From the NCBI GenBank assembly GCA_963815095.1, contig CAWFFH010000007.1, forward strand, positions 60,457 to 124,456: DNA of 64,000 bases. The letters run 5' to 3'. Positions 50,271-59,506 of the stretch are shown here, piece after piece. The number at the start of each line of letters is the position of its first letter. Positions within the stretch are counted from its first letter, which is position 1. This DNA is from Candidatus Bathyarchaeota archaeon (GTDB lineage Archaea; Thermoproteota; Bathyarchaeia; Bathyarchaeales; Bathycorpusculaceae). A program made the translations under genes and the position numbers. A model generated the notes under the pieces. That model had not been told where the DNA came from and ran no database searches. It saw only the letters and a list, made by a program, of their open reading frames with translations.

Positions 50271-50296
50271 TGTGTTTTGGCGATGCTTTTGTATAC
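50271..50296 (-). repeat. 26-bp dispersed repeat, copy 5
   Basis: Reverse complement reads GTATACAAAAGCATCGCCAAAACACA. Confidence 0.9.
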
Positions 50297-50396
50297 AAAC
50301 CCAGAATAGACCATTTAATCGACTAAAAAAACCCAAAAATAGCCCCGTACATACGCTTTAAATATTAAGTAAGGGTTAGCTGAATAGGTAATTTTT

Positions 50397-51416
50397 ATGA
50401 CGCTTATGAGAGCAATCCAAGTTAACCACCCTGGTGGCGAATTTGTTCTAGCGCAAAAGGAAATTCCTGAACCAAAAGAACACGAAACCTTTCTCAAGGT
50501 TGAGGCCTGCGGCATTTGTCATGGGGACGCGATCGTTAAGTATGGGGGTTTTCCCGGTTTACAGTATCCGCGAACACCCGGACACGAGGTTGTTGGTACT
50601 ATTGCGAAGTTGGGTTCTCAATCACATTATTGGAAGGTTGGGCAAAGGGTTGGGGTTGGTTGGCGTGGCGGGCATTGCCAAAAATGTAAATCTTGCTTAA
50701 AAGGCGATTATTGGGCTTGTGAGAGTCCTTTGGCAACAGGAATTTCAACTGATGGTGGATACGCTGAGTACATGGTTGCTCGTGTGGATGTTTTAACTGC
50801 TATTCCTGATGAACTTACCTCAGTGGAAGCTGCACCGCTTCTGTGTGCTGGTGCAACAACGCTTGGAGCCTTGAAAAGTAGCGCTGCAAAAGGTGGAGAT
50901 TTAATTGCAATTCAAGGTTTTGGGGGTTTAGGTCACTTGGCGTTGCAGTTTGCTGTGCGGCTGGGTATGAAAACCGTGGTTATTTCTCGCGGGAAAGAGA
51001 AAGAAGATCTGGCCCGTAAACTTGGTGCCCAATTTTACATAGATGCAGAAACCGCTAACCCAAGTCAGGAACTCATGAATCTTGGTGGAGCAAAAGCTAT
51101 CTTTTGCACTGCACCTAACAGCAAAGCCATTGGAGACCTCGTTGAAGGGCTAGCCCGCAATGGACAACTAATCATCGTTACTTTTGTTAATGAGCCAATG
51201 CAGATTTCTCCTTCACAACTGATGCGTGCAGTAAGGTCAGTTAGTGGTTGGGTGGGCGGAAATACAGCTGACACACTAAACTTTAGCGTCCTAACACATG
51301 TTGTTCCCATGGTTGAGGTTTTTCCTCTTGAACAAGCGGCCGTAGCTTTTGAGCGCATGATGACTGCAAAGGTTCATTTTAGGGCAGTTTTAAAGATTGG
51401 AGATGGTTCAAAATGA
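50397..51416 (+). CDS. zinc-dependent alcohol dehydrogenase (MDR family)
   Basis: CGICHGD, GHE, CxxCxxC...C and GFGGLG motifs. Confidence 0.92.
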   Translation: MTLMRAIQVNHPGGEFVLAQKEIPEPKEHETFLKVEACGICHGDAIVKYGGFPGLQYPRTPGHEVVGTIAKLGSQSHYWKVGQRVGVGWRGGHCQKCKSCLKGDYWACESPLATGISTDGGYAEYMVARVDVLTAIPDELTSVEAAPLLCAGATTLGALKSSAAKGGDLIAIQGFGGLGHLALQFAVRLGMKTVVISRGKEKEDLARKLGAQFYIDAETANPSQELMNLGGAKAIFCTAPNSKAIGDLVEGLARNGQLIIVTFVNEPMQISPSQLMRAVRSVSGWVGGNTADTLNFSVLTHVVPMVEVFPLEQAAVAFERMMTAKVHFRAVLKIGDGSK

Positions 51417-52126
51417 ATGAGGTTTCAAGACTAATTCAGGAAAGGCAATCAGCAAGAGTTCCCTTTGACCCGAATCAGAGAGTGTCCAAAGAAGATCTTA
51501 AGCAAATTTTAGAGGCGGGTCGATGGACGCCTACAGCCCACAATATGCAAAACTTTGATGTTGTGGTTGTGGATGACAAAGAGGTTTTGGAGATAATTGG
51601 AAATGTTAAGTCCCGGATTTCGGAAGTGTTTCTTAGAGAAAACTATGAGCAACTTTCATTCTCAAAAGAGGAATTGCAGGAGAAGAAGACTGGAATTTTA
51701 GGTGCTATGTTTCCTCCAGCGTGGGTGGATCCGTCAAAAATGGCTGATGTTGCCTCTAAAAGCGAACCTATGCCATTGACTCAATCCATTCGTGGCAGTC
51801 CTTGCCTTTTGATAATAATTTATGACCCGAGCAAGAGAGCCCCTGCATCTGAAGGCGATGTTTTAGGTTTTATGAGTCTTGGATGTCTTATGGAAAACAT
51901 GTGGCTTATGGCTCAATCCTTGGGAATTGGCTTTCAGATACTCAGTGCTTTCGCAGCTCCACCAGTAGAAAAACAGGTAAAACAAATTCTAGGAATCCCT
52001 GAACAATTAAGAATTGCATATGCCTGCCGACTAGGACATCCCATAGGAGCATCCAAATACTTCAGAGTACGCCGCGACATCGCAGATTTCACCCATCACA
52101 ACAAATATGGAAACAAAGACATCTAG
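51413..52126 (+). CDS. nitroreductase family protein
   Basis: R.S.R, ILEAGRWTPTAHNMQ and ENMWLMA.SLGIG motifs. Confidence 0.88.
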   Translation: MNEVSRLIQERQSARVPFDPNQRVSKEDLKQILEAGRWTPTAHNMQNFDVVVVDDKEVLEIIGNVKSRISEVFLRENYEQLSFSKEELQEKKTGILGAMFPPAWVDPSKMADVASKSEPMPLTQSIRGSPCLLIIIYDPSKRAPASEGDVLGFMSLGCLMENMWLMAQSLGIGFQILSAFAAPPVEKQVKQILGIPEQLRIAYACRLGHPIGASKYFRVRRDIADFTHHNKYGNKDI

Positions 52127-52204
52127 CCTATTTCGGCTTTCCTAAATTATTTTATTTTTCTTTCTAATAAAGGTCGAAAGAAGAAAAAATCACAAATAAA
52201 AAAA

Positions 52205-52408
52205 TTATTCTTTTTCTTCTTCTTTGATTTCGCACTGCAGCTTCTTTATGATTTCGTCTGCTCTCAGCGGCTCAATCTTTAATGTATAGAGTTGACCGGG
52301 TGTGCGAAGTTTCAATTTTACGGTGTCTTTGAGCCTTTTTACTTGGCATTGTTTTGCTTTGGCGCTCATGGCCACAAATTTTTCGACATCAGTAATTTCA
52401 GATGGCAT
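52205..52408 (-). CDS. rpl38e: 50S ribosomal protein L38e
   Basis: MP.EI.D...F...VK.K.RT...LYTL pattern of eL38; 67 aa. Confidence 0.85.
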   Translation of the reverse strand: MPSEITDVEKFVAMSAKAKQCQVKRLKDTVKLKLRTPGQLYTLKIEPLRADEIIKKLQCEIKEEEKE

Positions 52409-52573
52409 GATTTATCCTTCTTGTGTTAGTTCGTTGTGATGGATGCAAAGCCAAGTTTTTATCTGTTTTGGTACAACCTAAGATTCCCATGGGAAATTGC
52501 ATGTTATTGCAACTTTTATATTCAATCAACCTTCACTCATATAACGGAAAGCAGGCAATAAGAGTGCTAAGAT

Positions 52574-53830
52574 ATGGAATATAAGCGAATAAAAACTCGA
52601 CACATCCTCTCGCTTATCCTAATAGTTATCTTACTTGTTGCAACAGTGTCGCTGCTTGTTTCATACACCCAAAGCAGCAACGCTCAAAAAAACCCCGTTT
52701 ACGTTGGCGTTGCCTACGGCGGCAACACAACTCTTGGCGCAGAACTTCTAATTGACAAAGTTAAAAGTTACACCAATCTGTTCGTTTTGGATTCTGGCTT
52801 AAATTCCATAAGCAAAAACCAGACAGCCGTAGAGGAAATCTGCGATTACGCTGTCAAAGCTGGGTTAAACATAATTGTGAACTTGGGAACATATACCAAT
52901 CAGACGGATTGGGCTTGGAAACTCCAATTCTATAATTTCTCCAAAGAAAAATATAACGACAAATTTCTGGGCGCATATTACGATGATGAACCGGGAGGAA
53001 TACCTCTTGACTGGAATTGGACAAAGCAATTCTCTGAAAACAGCGCACTTTTTTCTGGGGCAAATCCGCTGGATTTAACCCCGATTCACTATAAAATCCA
53101 AATAGCCAACATAACAGGAACCCAACCGCAGAATTACACCATAGAAGCCCAATGGTTTAACCAGCTTTTAGAACGAAACAGAGGACACAACAGCCTCAAA
53201 CAAAACAACATCACAACTTTTACTTCCGATTATGCCCTCTACTGGTTTGATTACCTTGGCGGATACGACACCCTCTTTACGCAGTTAGGCTGGAACGAAA
53301 GTATAAATGAACAAATTTCACTCATCCGTGGAGCTGCAACTATGCAGAACAGAGATTGGGGAGCAATCATAACTTGGAAGTATACGCATTTTCCATATCT
53401 TGACACAGGCGTAAACATTTACAGCCAGATGGAAGCAGCATACAATTGTGGAGCTAAATACATCTTACTTTTCAATTTGGAATTTGACCCTTATAACGCC
53501 ACAAGCAACCCCTATGGTACAATGACCAATGAGCACTTCCAAGCGCTCCAACAATTCTGGAGCCAAGTCGTAACAAAATCAACGCCGAACTCAGTACATG
53601 CCAATGCTGCTTTGGTTTTACCCAACGATTATGGTTCAGGATTGAGAAGTCCAACTGATGGGATTTGGGGTTTTTGGGGACCAGACAATAATTCAGCCCT
53701 AATTTGGAATAATACTCAGACTCTTCTCAACATGTACGGTTTGCATTTGGATATTATTTATGAGGATCCAATGTTTCCCGTACAGGGAAATTACTCGCGA
53801 ATTTACTATTGGAACCAAACGATCACTTAG
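52574..53830 (+). CDS. secreted/anchored hypothetical protein (possible glycoside-hydrolase-like barrel)
   Basis: N-terminal hydrophobic helix, GAYYDDEPGG, Trp/Tyr-rich, many NxS/T sequons. Confidence 0.65.
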   Translation: MEYKRIKTRHILSLILIVILLVATVSLLVSYTQSSNAQKNPVYVGVAYGGNTTLGAELLIDKVKSYTNLFVLDSGLNSISKNQTAVEEICDYAVKAGLNIIVNLGTYTNQTDWAWKLQFYNFSKEKYNDKFLGAYYDDEPGGIPLDWNWTKQFSENSALFSGANPLDLTPIHYKIQIANITGTQPQNYTIEAQWFNQLLERNRGHNSLKQNNITTFTSDYALYWFDYLGGYDTLFTQLGWNESINEQISLIRGAATMQNRDWGAIITWKYTHFPYLDTGVNIYSQMEAAYNCGAKYILLFNLEFDPYNATSNPYGTMTNEHFQALQQFWSQVVTKSTPNSVHANAALVLPNDYGSGLRSPTDGIWGFWGPDNNSALIWNNTQTLLNMYGLHLDIIYEDPMFPVQGNYSRIYYWNQTIT

Positions 53831-53876
53831 AGATAAATTGAAAGAAAAAGGGTTCAGGTTTTGACCTGCTGCTTAT

Positions 53877-54077
53877 TTAAGCTTTTTTTGAGCGAATGCC
53901 CAGCTTAAGATTTACTTCAACGACGTATTCTTTTTCCATTTTGCCAACGGAGAAGTTCCAATCCTTGACTTCAACTTCCATATCCTTGAATTGGTTTACA
54001 ATCGCTTCTTTGTATTCTTGAGCGGTTTGTCCAATCTTCTGTAACTTCTCAGTGATGTTAACTGATGTATCTGCCAT
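53877..54077 (-). CDS. small hypothetical protein
   Basis: 66 aa with a strong GGAGGTG SD upstream. Confidence 0.7.
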   Translation of the reverse strand: MADTSVNITEKLQKIGQTAQEYKEAIVNQFKDMEVEVKDWNFSVGKMEKEYVVEVNLKLGIRSKKA

Positions 54078-54286
54078 AAACTACACCTCCTTATTCAGGT
54101 CAATTGCACTAGATTCATCTGATAGTTGACTGCTTTTATGAATTTGTGACTGTACAGATACAACAGCAACCGCTGGGTTGACCTCAACGCCCTATTTATG
54201 GGCTAAATTTGACTTATTGTCTTTTTATTGCTGGGCGCTTAGCGTACATTATTGTTTTTAGAATGGCTAGCTTTTGGTTTGCTTGT

Positions 54287-54598
54287 TTAATGTTTTGGAT
54301 GGGAATGATTTATCCCGTAAAACATGGTAACCGCGAATAGAGTAACAAAGACAACTTCGATAACTAGCACAATTATGAATGTATTGTTATGGTTTTCTTG
54401 TAGTTCTGCAGGAGTAAGGGTCGTTATGTTTCCGTTTGTCTGCAACCCATTAGGGTTTGCTACTATGATGTAATTGTCTAAGTCATGGTCAGCTTGCAAT
54501 ATTAAAACGACTGGAGGCACAACTAAAGCAACAACCAGAAATATAGCTGCAACAAAAAATACTGTTTTTCGATGCATAAAAAATTTCCCTAAATACAT
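54287..54598 (-). CDS. small 2-TM membrane protein
   Basis: Two hydrophobic helices around a polar loop. Confidence 0.55.
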   Translation of the reverse strand: MYLGKFFMHRKTVFFVAAIFLVVALVVPPVVLILQADHDLDNYIIVANPNGLQTNGNITTLTPAELQENHNNTFIIVLVIEVVFVTLFAVTMFYGINHSHPKH

Positions 54599-54662
54599 AT
54601 CCGCTTACAAGGTTATAAAGATTAAAATCAAGGTTCCTATAAAGAGATTAGTAGGTTTGGGC

Positions 54663-55242
54663 ATGAGTTCTTCAGGAAAACTCGAGTATGAATGTAGAAA
54701 ATGTGGCAAACATTTTACAGTAGAAAAACCTGATTCTAGTTATCCCTGTGCAATCTGTGGAAGCTTGTTAACGCCTCCGCCTCAACAACGTTATTGGGTT
54801 TTTCAATATAACCCAAAAACATACAAATGTTTTGAAAGAATGAAGGACAAAAAGCTAACTAATAAGCCAGCACAATGGTTAACAAGTAGATTCTCCCAAT
54901 ATATGAAAAAAAAACGATTTGGTAGCTATCTGGGCATCCGGAAAAAAGGCAGGTATCACTGCATTGGGAAGAATGGTCACCTATCCAACTGACACTCCTT
55001 TAAACCTCGAGGAACAGCAATTTTGGATGGAAGAGCGGGCAATAAATAAATTCCTATATAACAAAAGCGTCTTAGTTCTGTATTTTCAAGACCTATCAGC
55101 CAACCCTTTGCTTGAGCATGAGTGTTTAAGTGATGACGTCCTAAAGACGATTGACGTCCTAAAACATCAGCAAGCAACAAATTTTCAAATTTCGCTTGAA
55201 CAGTGGAATAAAATAGTTGTTCTATCATCAAAGAAAATATAA
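54663..55242 (+). pseudogene. zinc ribbon + EVE protein split by a frameshift in an A9 run (54906-54914)
   Basis: MSSSGKLEYECRKC...WVFQYNP... joins ...DLVAIWASG...ATNF if one A is removed; paralogue of 14036-14599. Confidence 0.7.
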
Positions 55243-55252
55243 CGATGGTATT

Positions 55253-55272
55253 TGGTGGGCCGTACCGGACTT
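55253..55272 (-). other. tRNA 3'-end fragment (putative att site)
   Basis: Reverse complement AAGTCCGGTACGGCCCACCA reads as part T-loop, T-stem strand, acceptor strand, discriminator A and CCA; no 5' half adjacent. Confidence 0.55.
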
Positions 55273-55809
55273 ACCCCCTAACGGGTACGAGTCCCAAACA
55301 AAAACTTGGTGAATAAGATTAATCTTCGCAGATTTTGACCAATTTGACAATGCCCGTCCCTGGAACAGTTCGAATTAAACGGCAGAGTCTTACGAGTTCT
55401 CCAAGAAACTTTATGAACTGACTGTAGCGGGAGGCTAAACTTCTATGTAGTTGACTTCGCAATTTCCCTGTCTCCCATTGCAGCCAAGCATATGGGCTAC
55501 CTTTTCAATTTTTTATCTTCCATTGGCTCTTGTTGAAAGTTGCGGTCTCTAATAGTTTGAACGGTTTAAAACTTTACCACTACTACTTAGTTTGCTTTGA
55601 CCGTATCTAAGTAACAAGCCAATACGTTAATATTTGGAGCAATGACCTGATTATCTAGAACTGTAAGAAAACAGGTTCAGTAGAATTTCCCTAACATCAA
55701 AGGACTAAAATGAGGTTGCACCAAACTTTTTTGGAAATTGCATGTTTGTTAAATTTTATATTTTTAAAATCGTTTAATGTAATACTGTGAGGATTAAGGC
55801 GATTGGAAA

Positions 55810-56622
55810 TTGTCCACTTCTGAATCCAAGGTAAAGGTCGAGAAAAGTTTCTTAGAAAAACTAGAAATATTCTTAGAATTTGAGGGTCCGAAGAGAAAGA
55901 ATATTGACGACCCAAAGCATGAGCTTAGGCGGTTGTTCTCAGAGATTTTAGGCACATTTTTTCTTGTGTTAGTTGCTGTGGGTGGAAATATAGTTTACTT
56001 GATGAATGCTGGGGTAATAAGCCCTATTGCAATCGTCGTAGCGCCTGGTCTAATGGTGATGGTGATTATTTTATTCATGGGAAATGTGTCTGGAGCGCAC
56101 CTAAATCCAGTTGTAAGCATAGCTTTTGCTGCTCGGGGCGACTTTCCATGGCGCAGAGTTCCAGGATATGTATTAGCCCAGTTGGTTGGCTCAGTTATTG
56201 CATGTTTGTTTCTATTCTTTATGTTCGGAAAAGTGGGAATGTTTGGGGCAACTCTACCTGGCGTTGGAATAAATGATTTCCAAGCATTTTTAATGGAGAT
56301 TATACTTACGGTTGGTTTAGTGAGCACGATTTTGGGGACTGCATCGGAAGCTCAGAATGTTGGACCACTCTCAGCTATTGCTGTCGGCGGATACATAGCC
56401 CTTGCAGGGCTCTGGGCAGGTCCTATAAGCGGCGCGTCGATGAATCCTGCACGTTCTTTTGGTCCTCAACTGATATTGTTAAATTTTGCTCATTATTGGT
56501 TGTATGTCTTGGGACCGATTACAGGCGGATTCATTGCTGTTGGTTTTGCATACATTCTACGGGGACGGATTACAGACAAAGCTGCAATCAAAGCTGCTCA
56601 AGGAACTCTTGACCAGACATAA
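55810..56622 (+). CDS. MIP family channel (aquaporin)
   Basis: SGAHLNPV and GASMNPARSFGP motifs; 6 TM. Confidence 0.92.
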   Translation: MSTSESKVKVEKSFLEKLEIFLEFEGPKRKNIDDPKHELRRLFSEILGTFFLVLVAVGGNIVYLMNAGVISPIAIVVAPGLMVMVIILFMGNVSGAHLNPVVSIAFAARGDFPWRRVPGYVLAQLVGSVIACLFLFFMFGKVGMFGATLPGVGINDFQAFLMEIILTVGLVSTILGTASEAQNVGPLSAIAVGGYIALAGLWAGPISGASMNPARSFGPQLILLNFAHYWLYVLGPITGGFIAVGFAYILRGRITDKAAIKAAQGTLDQT

Positions 56623-56768
56623 ATATCAAAAAAGGCATTCCACAGATAACCTCTTTGGCTACTTGCAACAGAACAAAGAAAGGTGCACAATTATTTTTCA
56701 TGGAGTGTTATTTGCGCTCTCCAATACAATAGGCGCCCTATCCTAACCAGAATGCTTTTTGATGCTAA

Positions 56769-57677
56769 TCAATACATCCTAAGTGAAGGAACGTCCATTC
56801 CGGTCTCGGTTTTTCTGAAAACCTTCCATATTTCGCCTTGAAGTTTCTGCAAGTCATTCAAATCATTTGAAAGCGCCTTGATAACCAGACCCCTATTGTT
56901 TGCCATTTGTGTAGCCCCACCATAAGTATTTCCAAAATCAATTTCCTTCTTTGCCTTAACAGCATTGCCGGAATACCAATATGCTTTCAAGTAAAACTTG
57001 TTATCACCAAACATAACATCAAGTGAGTCTTTGTCCTGCCCAGTGAAAATCGTGCTTTCATTAAGCAAGAGCTTTTTATCCTCTTCTATAACTACCTTCG
57101 AAGAATAAATGTCAAAATCCCAAAATTCTCCCCTTTCCACCCGCCCAGGGCAGAATATGTCACAATACAAGAATTTAGCACCATCACTAACATGAAAAGT
57201 TACTCTTTGATGCCAACGGGAATCAACAAAAACCATAGTTTCTCTTGGCAGAAACTCCAAACGACTGTTCTTTCCAAGATAAACATCTATTTCTTTGCTA
57301 GCATAATTTAAATCCATTTTATAGATTTTTGTGGCCATTGTATCCGTGATGAATGCTTCTGCGCCCTCTTTCAATCTAAATTTGTAAAAATAACGGTCAC
57401 CTTGAACTATCCCGCCTGTCGGGTTCATAAAAAGAATATAAGGCAACCCCGGCAGGTAAGGGTCATAGTAGAGTTCTCTTAGAATTTTCGCGGGAACTTC
57501 ATTATAAACATCAGTAAGATATGTCTTGTCACCAAATTTCGTGAACGTTAATTCTGCGACAGCATTTTTGCCTGGAGAACCAACAGCAAGCCTTGTTTGT
57601 TCTGCCTCAAACTTCGAGAAAGCGGACGGTAAACCGCTTAGGTCTTGAATCACTTCTTGAAACACTTCCTGCGTCAT
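56769..57677 (-). CDS. ureD: urease accessory protein UreD
   Basis: NPTGGIVQGD, ATKIYKM and PGR..RGE motifs; operon context. Confidence 0.88.
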   Translation of the reverse strand: MTQEVFQEVIQDLSGLPSAFSKFEAEQTRLAVGSPGKNAVAELTFTKFGDKTYLTDVYNEVPAKILRELYYDPYLPGLPYILFMNPTGGIVQGDRYFYKFRLKEGAEAFITDTMATKIYKMDLNYASKEIDVYLGKNSRLEFLPRETMVFVDSRWHQRVTFHVSDGAKFLYCDIFCPGRVERGEFWDFDIYSSKVVIEEDKKLLLNESTIFTGQDKDSLDVMFGDNKFYLKAYWYSGNAVKAKKEIDFGNTYGGATQMANNRGLVIKALSNDLNDLQKLQGEIWKVFRKTETGMDVPSLRMY

Positions 57678-58321
57678 TTGAAAAGTGCCTTTTCTTTGAT
57701 TATTTTCATCACATCATCCAATCCGGTGCCATCTTTTAAAGACAACATGACTGTTGGTTTGTCACCTCGCAGTTTCTTTGCATCTTGCATCATAAGATCA
57801 AGGTTGGCAGTCTTAATCCCAGATTCAAGAATGGTAGATTCAACATAAGGGGCTAAGTCTATTTTATTTATAACAAGTAAATCGGATTTTTTGATCCCTA
57901 ATCCCCCTTTCCGAATCGTTTTGTCTCCGCCAGCCACATCCACCATATAAATGAAGAAGTCCGCTAATTTTGGACTAAAAGTCAACGTTATATTGTCTCC
58001 TCCGGATTCTATCAAGAGTACATCTAATCCAGGATTGTCTCGCTCAAGTTTCTCAGCAGCATCTATGTTCATCGACGGATCATCTCGAACGGCAGTATGG
58101 GGGCATCCTCCTGTCTCTATTCCTAAGATTAGATTTGGGTCGATGTCTTTGCCAAGTCTTGCTGCTAGTCTTCTTGCATCTTCTTTGGAGTACGCGTCGT
58201 TTGATATTACTCCAACCTTGAAGCCTTGTTCAATTAGCTTTGGAACCAATTTCTCAATTAATTCAGTTTTTCCACAGCCTATTGCGCCGCCCATTCCAAT
58301 TCTAACAGTTCTACTACTCAT
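57674..58321 (-). CDS. ureG: urease accessory GTPase UreG
   Basis: G.GKT, ETGGCPH, ESGGDN and NKID motifs. Confidence 0.95.
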   Translation of the reverse strand: MSSRTVRIGMGGAIGCGKTELIEKLVPKLIEQGFKVGVISNDAYSKEDARRLAARLGKDIDPNLILGIETGGCPHTAVRDDPSMNIDAAEKLERDNPGLDVLLIESGGDNITLTFSPKLADFFIYMVDVAGGDKTIRKGGLGIKKSDLLVINKIDLAPYVESTILESGIKTANLDLMMQDAKKLRGDKPTVMLSLKDGTGLDDVMKIIKEKALFK

Positions 58322-58344
58322 TTTTCATGTCAATCTCCTTTTTT

Positions 58345-58986
58345 TTAACTCATGAACATTCTACTTGTGCTTAATTCATGCCTCATTGAGGCGATATCAA
58401 CCAATGGGAAAGTTTGGTGTAAATCAGTTATCTTCAGAGGCGTTACCTGAATTGCTGTTACAGCGTTAATCAGAATCTTTTGTGCCTCTATGTAATCGAT
58501 TATGCCCATTCTCACTAGAGAAGCGGTGACTTCCATCAAGTTCACGTATAAAAGGGATAAAGCGCCTAAATCTTTGAAGCTGAACTGAATGGACACAAGC
58601 GCTAAAACAACCGGGTATGTTCCATATGCAGCATCAGATTTGACTAGACCCTTGTAAGATTTCCCTATCGAGTCCTCGCTGAATTCAGTTGCATTCATCA
58701 TGCTTCTTCCCATCTTAACGATTGCAGACCTGTTTTCTTCAGAAACTTTAGAAGAATAACAGATTTCATCAATTTTCTTTAAAAACTCGATATCTTTCTT
58801 TTCTATTGCATCTAAAGCGTAGTAGAAGATACCAAGGTCGAATGTTTTCCAAATCTTTTCTAAATAGATATTTATTATTTTTGAAACTTTTTCTTTAGGC
58901 AACAAATTATCATTTATAACCTGTTCCATGCCTTGCGACATGGTGAAGGACCCCATGGGAAAAAACGAGTCTGAGGTCCTCAGCAA
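58345..58986 (-). CDS. ureF: urease accessory protein UreF
   Basis: DSFFP.G.F..S.G.E and H....RMFMS motifs. The frame is open further upstream (LTENAKLLN), so the start is uncertain. Confidence 0.88.
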   Translation of the reverse strand: MLRTSDSFFPMGSFTMSQGMEQVINDNLLPKEKVSKIINIYLEKIWKTFDLGIFYYALDAIEKKDIEFLKKIDEICYSSKVSEENRSAIVKMGRSMMNATEFSEDSIGKSYKGLVKSDAAYGTYPVVLALVSIQFSFKDLGALSLLYVNLMEVTASLVRMGIIDYIEAQKILINAVTAIQVTPLKITDLHQTFPLVDIASMRHELSTSRMFMS

Positions 58987-59015
58987 ATTTAGTAGTTTCG
59001 CGTTTTCAGTTAAAA

Positions 59016-59489
59016 TTATTCCTCTTCTCCTCCGTGGTATCCTGCTGAAGACATTGATATTACCTTCTGAACTGATTCGAACTTTATCGGCAACTTCATA
59101 GACTCCAGTATTTTCCTGACCTTTTCTTCTCCTATCGTAACTGGAACAAATAAAGCGCCATCCTCAATTAATACCTCAAGATGCCGATTACCTAAATTGT
59201 AACCCAATTTTGCTGCTTTCTCTATAGCATCATCGCTCAGTGTTTTATCTAAAGTCACTTTTATTACAAGTTCTGGTTCGATTAATATTTTATAATAGTC
59301 TCCTTTTTCTGAAGGCCCAAAAATGTCGCCCTGCCCTATAGGTTGACCTCGGGGCAAGTTGATTACTAAATCCTCTGCCTCGCTTAACTTAGCTCTTACT
59401 CTACCCCTCATTGCATCTTGCCTGTTGGCTGTAACTTCCTTAATCTTTTCAACGTTAACTTGGCTTGCTAATTTATCAAAAACAATCAT
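59016..59489 (-). CDS. ureE: urease accessory protein UreE
   Basis: LPRG...GD and GYNLGNRH motifs. Confidence 0.88.
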   Translation of the reverse strand: MIVFDKLASQVNVEKIKEVTANRQDAMRGRVRAKLSEAEDLVINLPRGQPIGQGDIFGPSEKGDYYKILIEPELVIKVTLDKTLSDDAIEKAAKLGYNLGNRHLEVLIEDGALFVPVTIGEEKVRKILESMKLPIKFESVQKVISMSSAGYHGGEEE

Positions 59490-59506
59490 TCAACAACCTT
59501 CTCTTT

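Noticed and set aside
43398-50296. 26-bp repeats as a CRISPR array or transposon ends
   Set aside because: Spacing is 0.7-2.7 kb with mixed orientation and no cas genes. I found no transposase or target-site duplication, and the TGT-like end is not shared by all copies.
54474-54662. 5' extension of the second EVE ORF
   Set aside because: Antisense to the 2-TM gene; ATG 54663 aligns with the paralogue's start.
55253-55340. Intact or intron-containing tRNA gene
   Set aside because: The matching T-stem strand and the 5' half are not present nearby.
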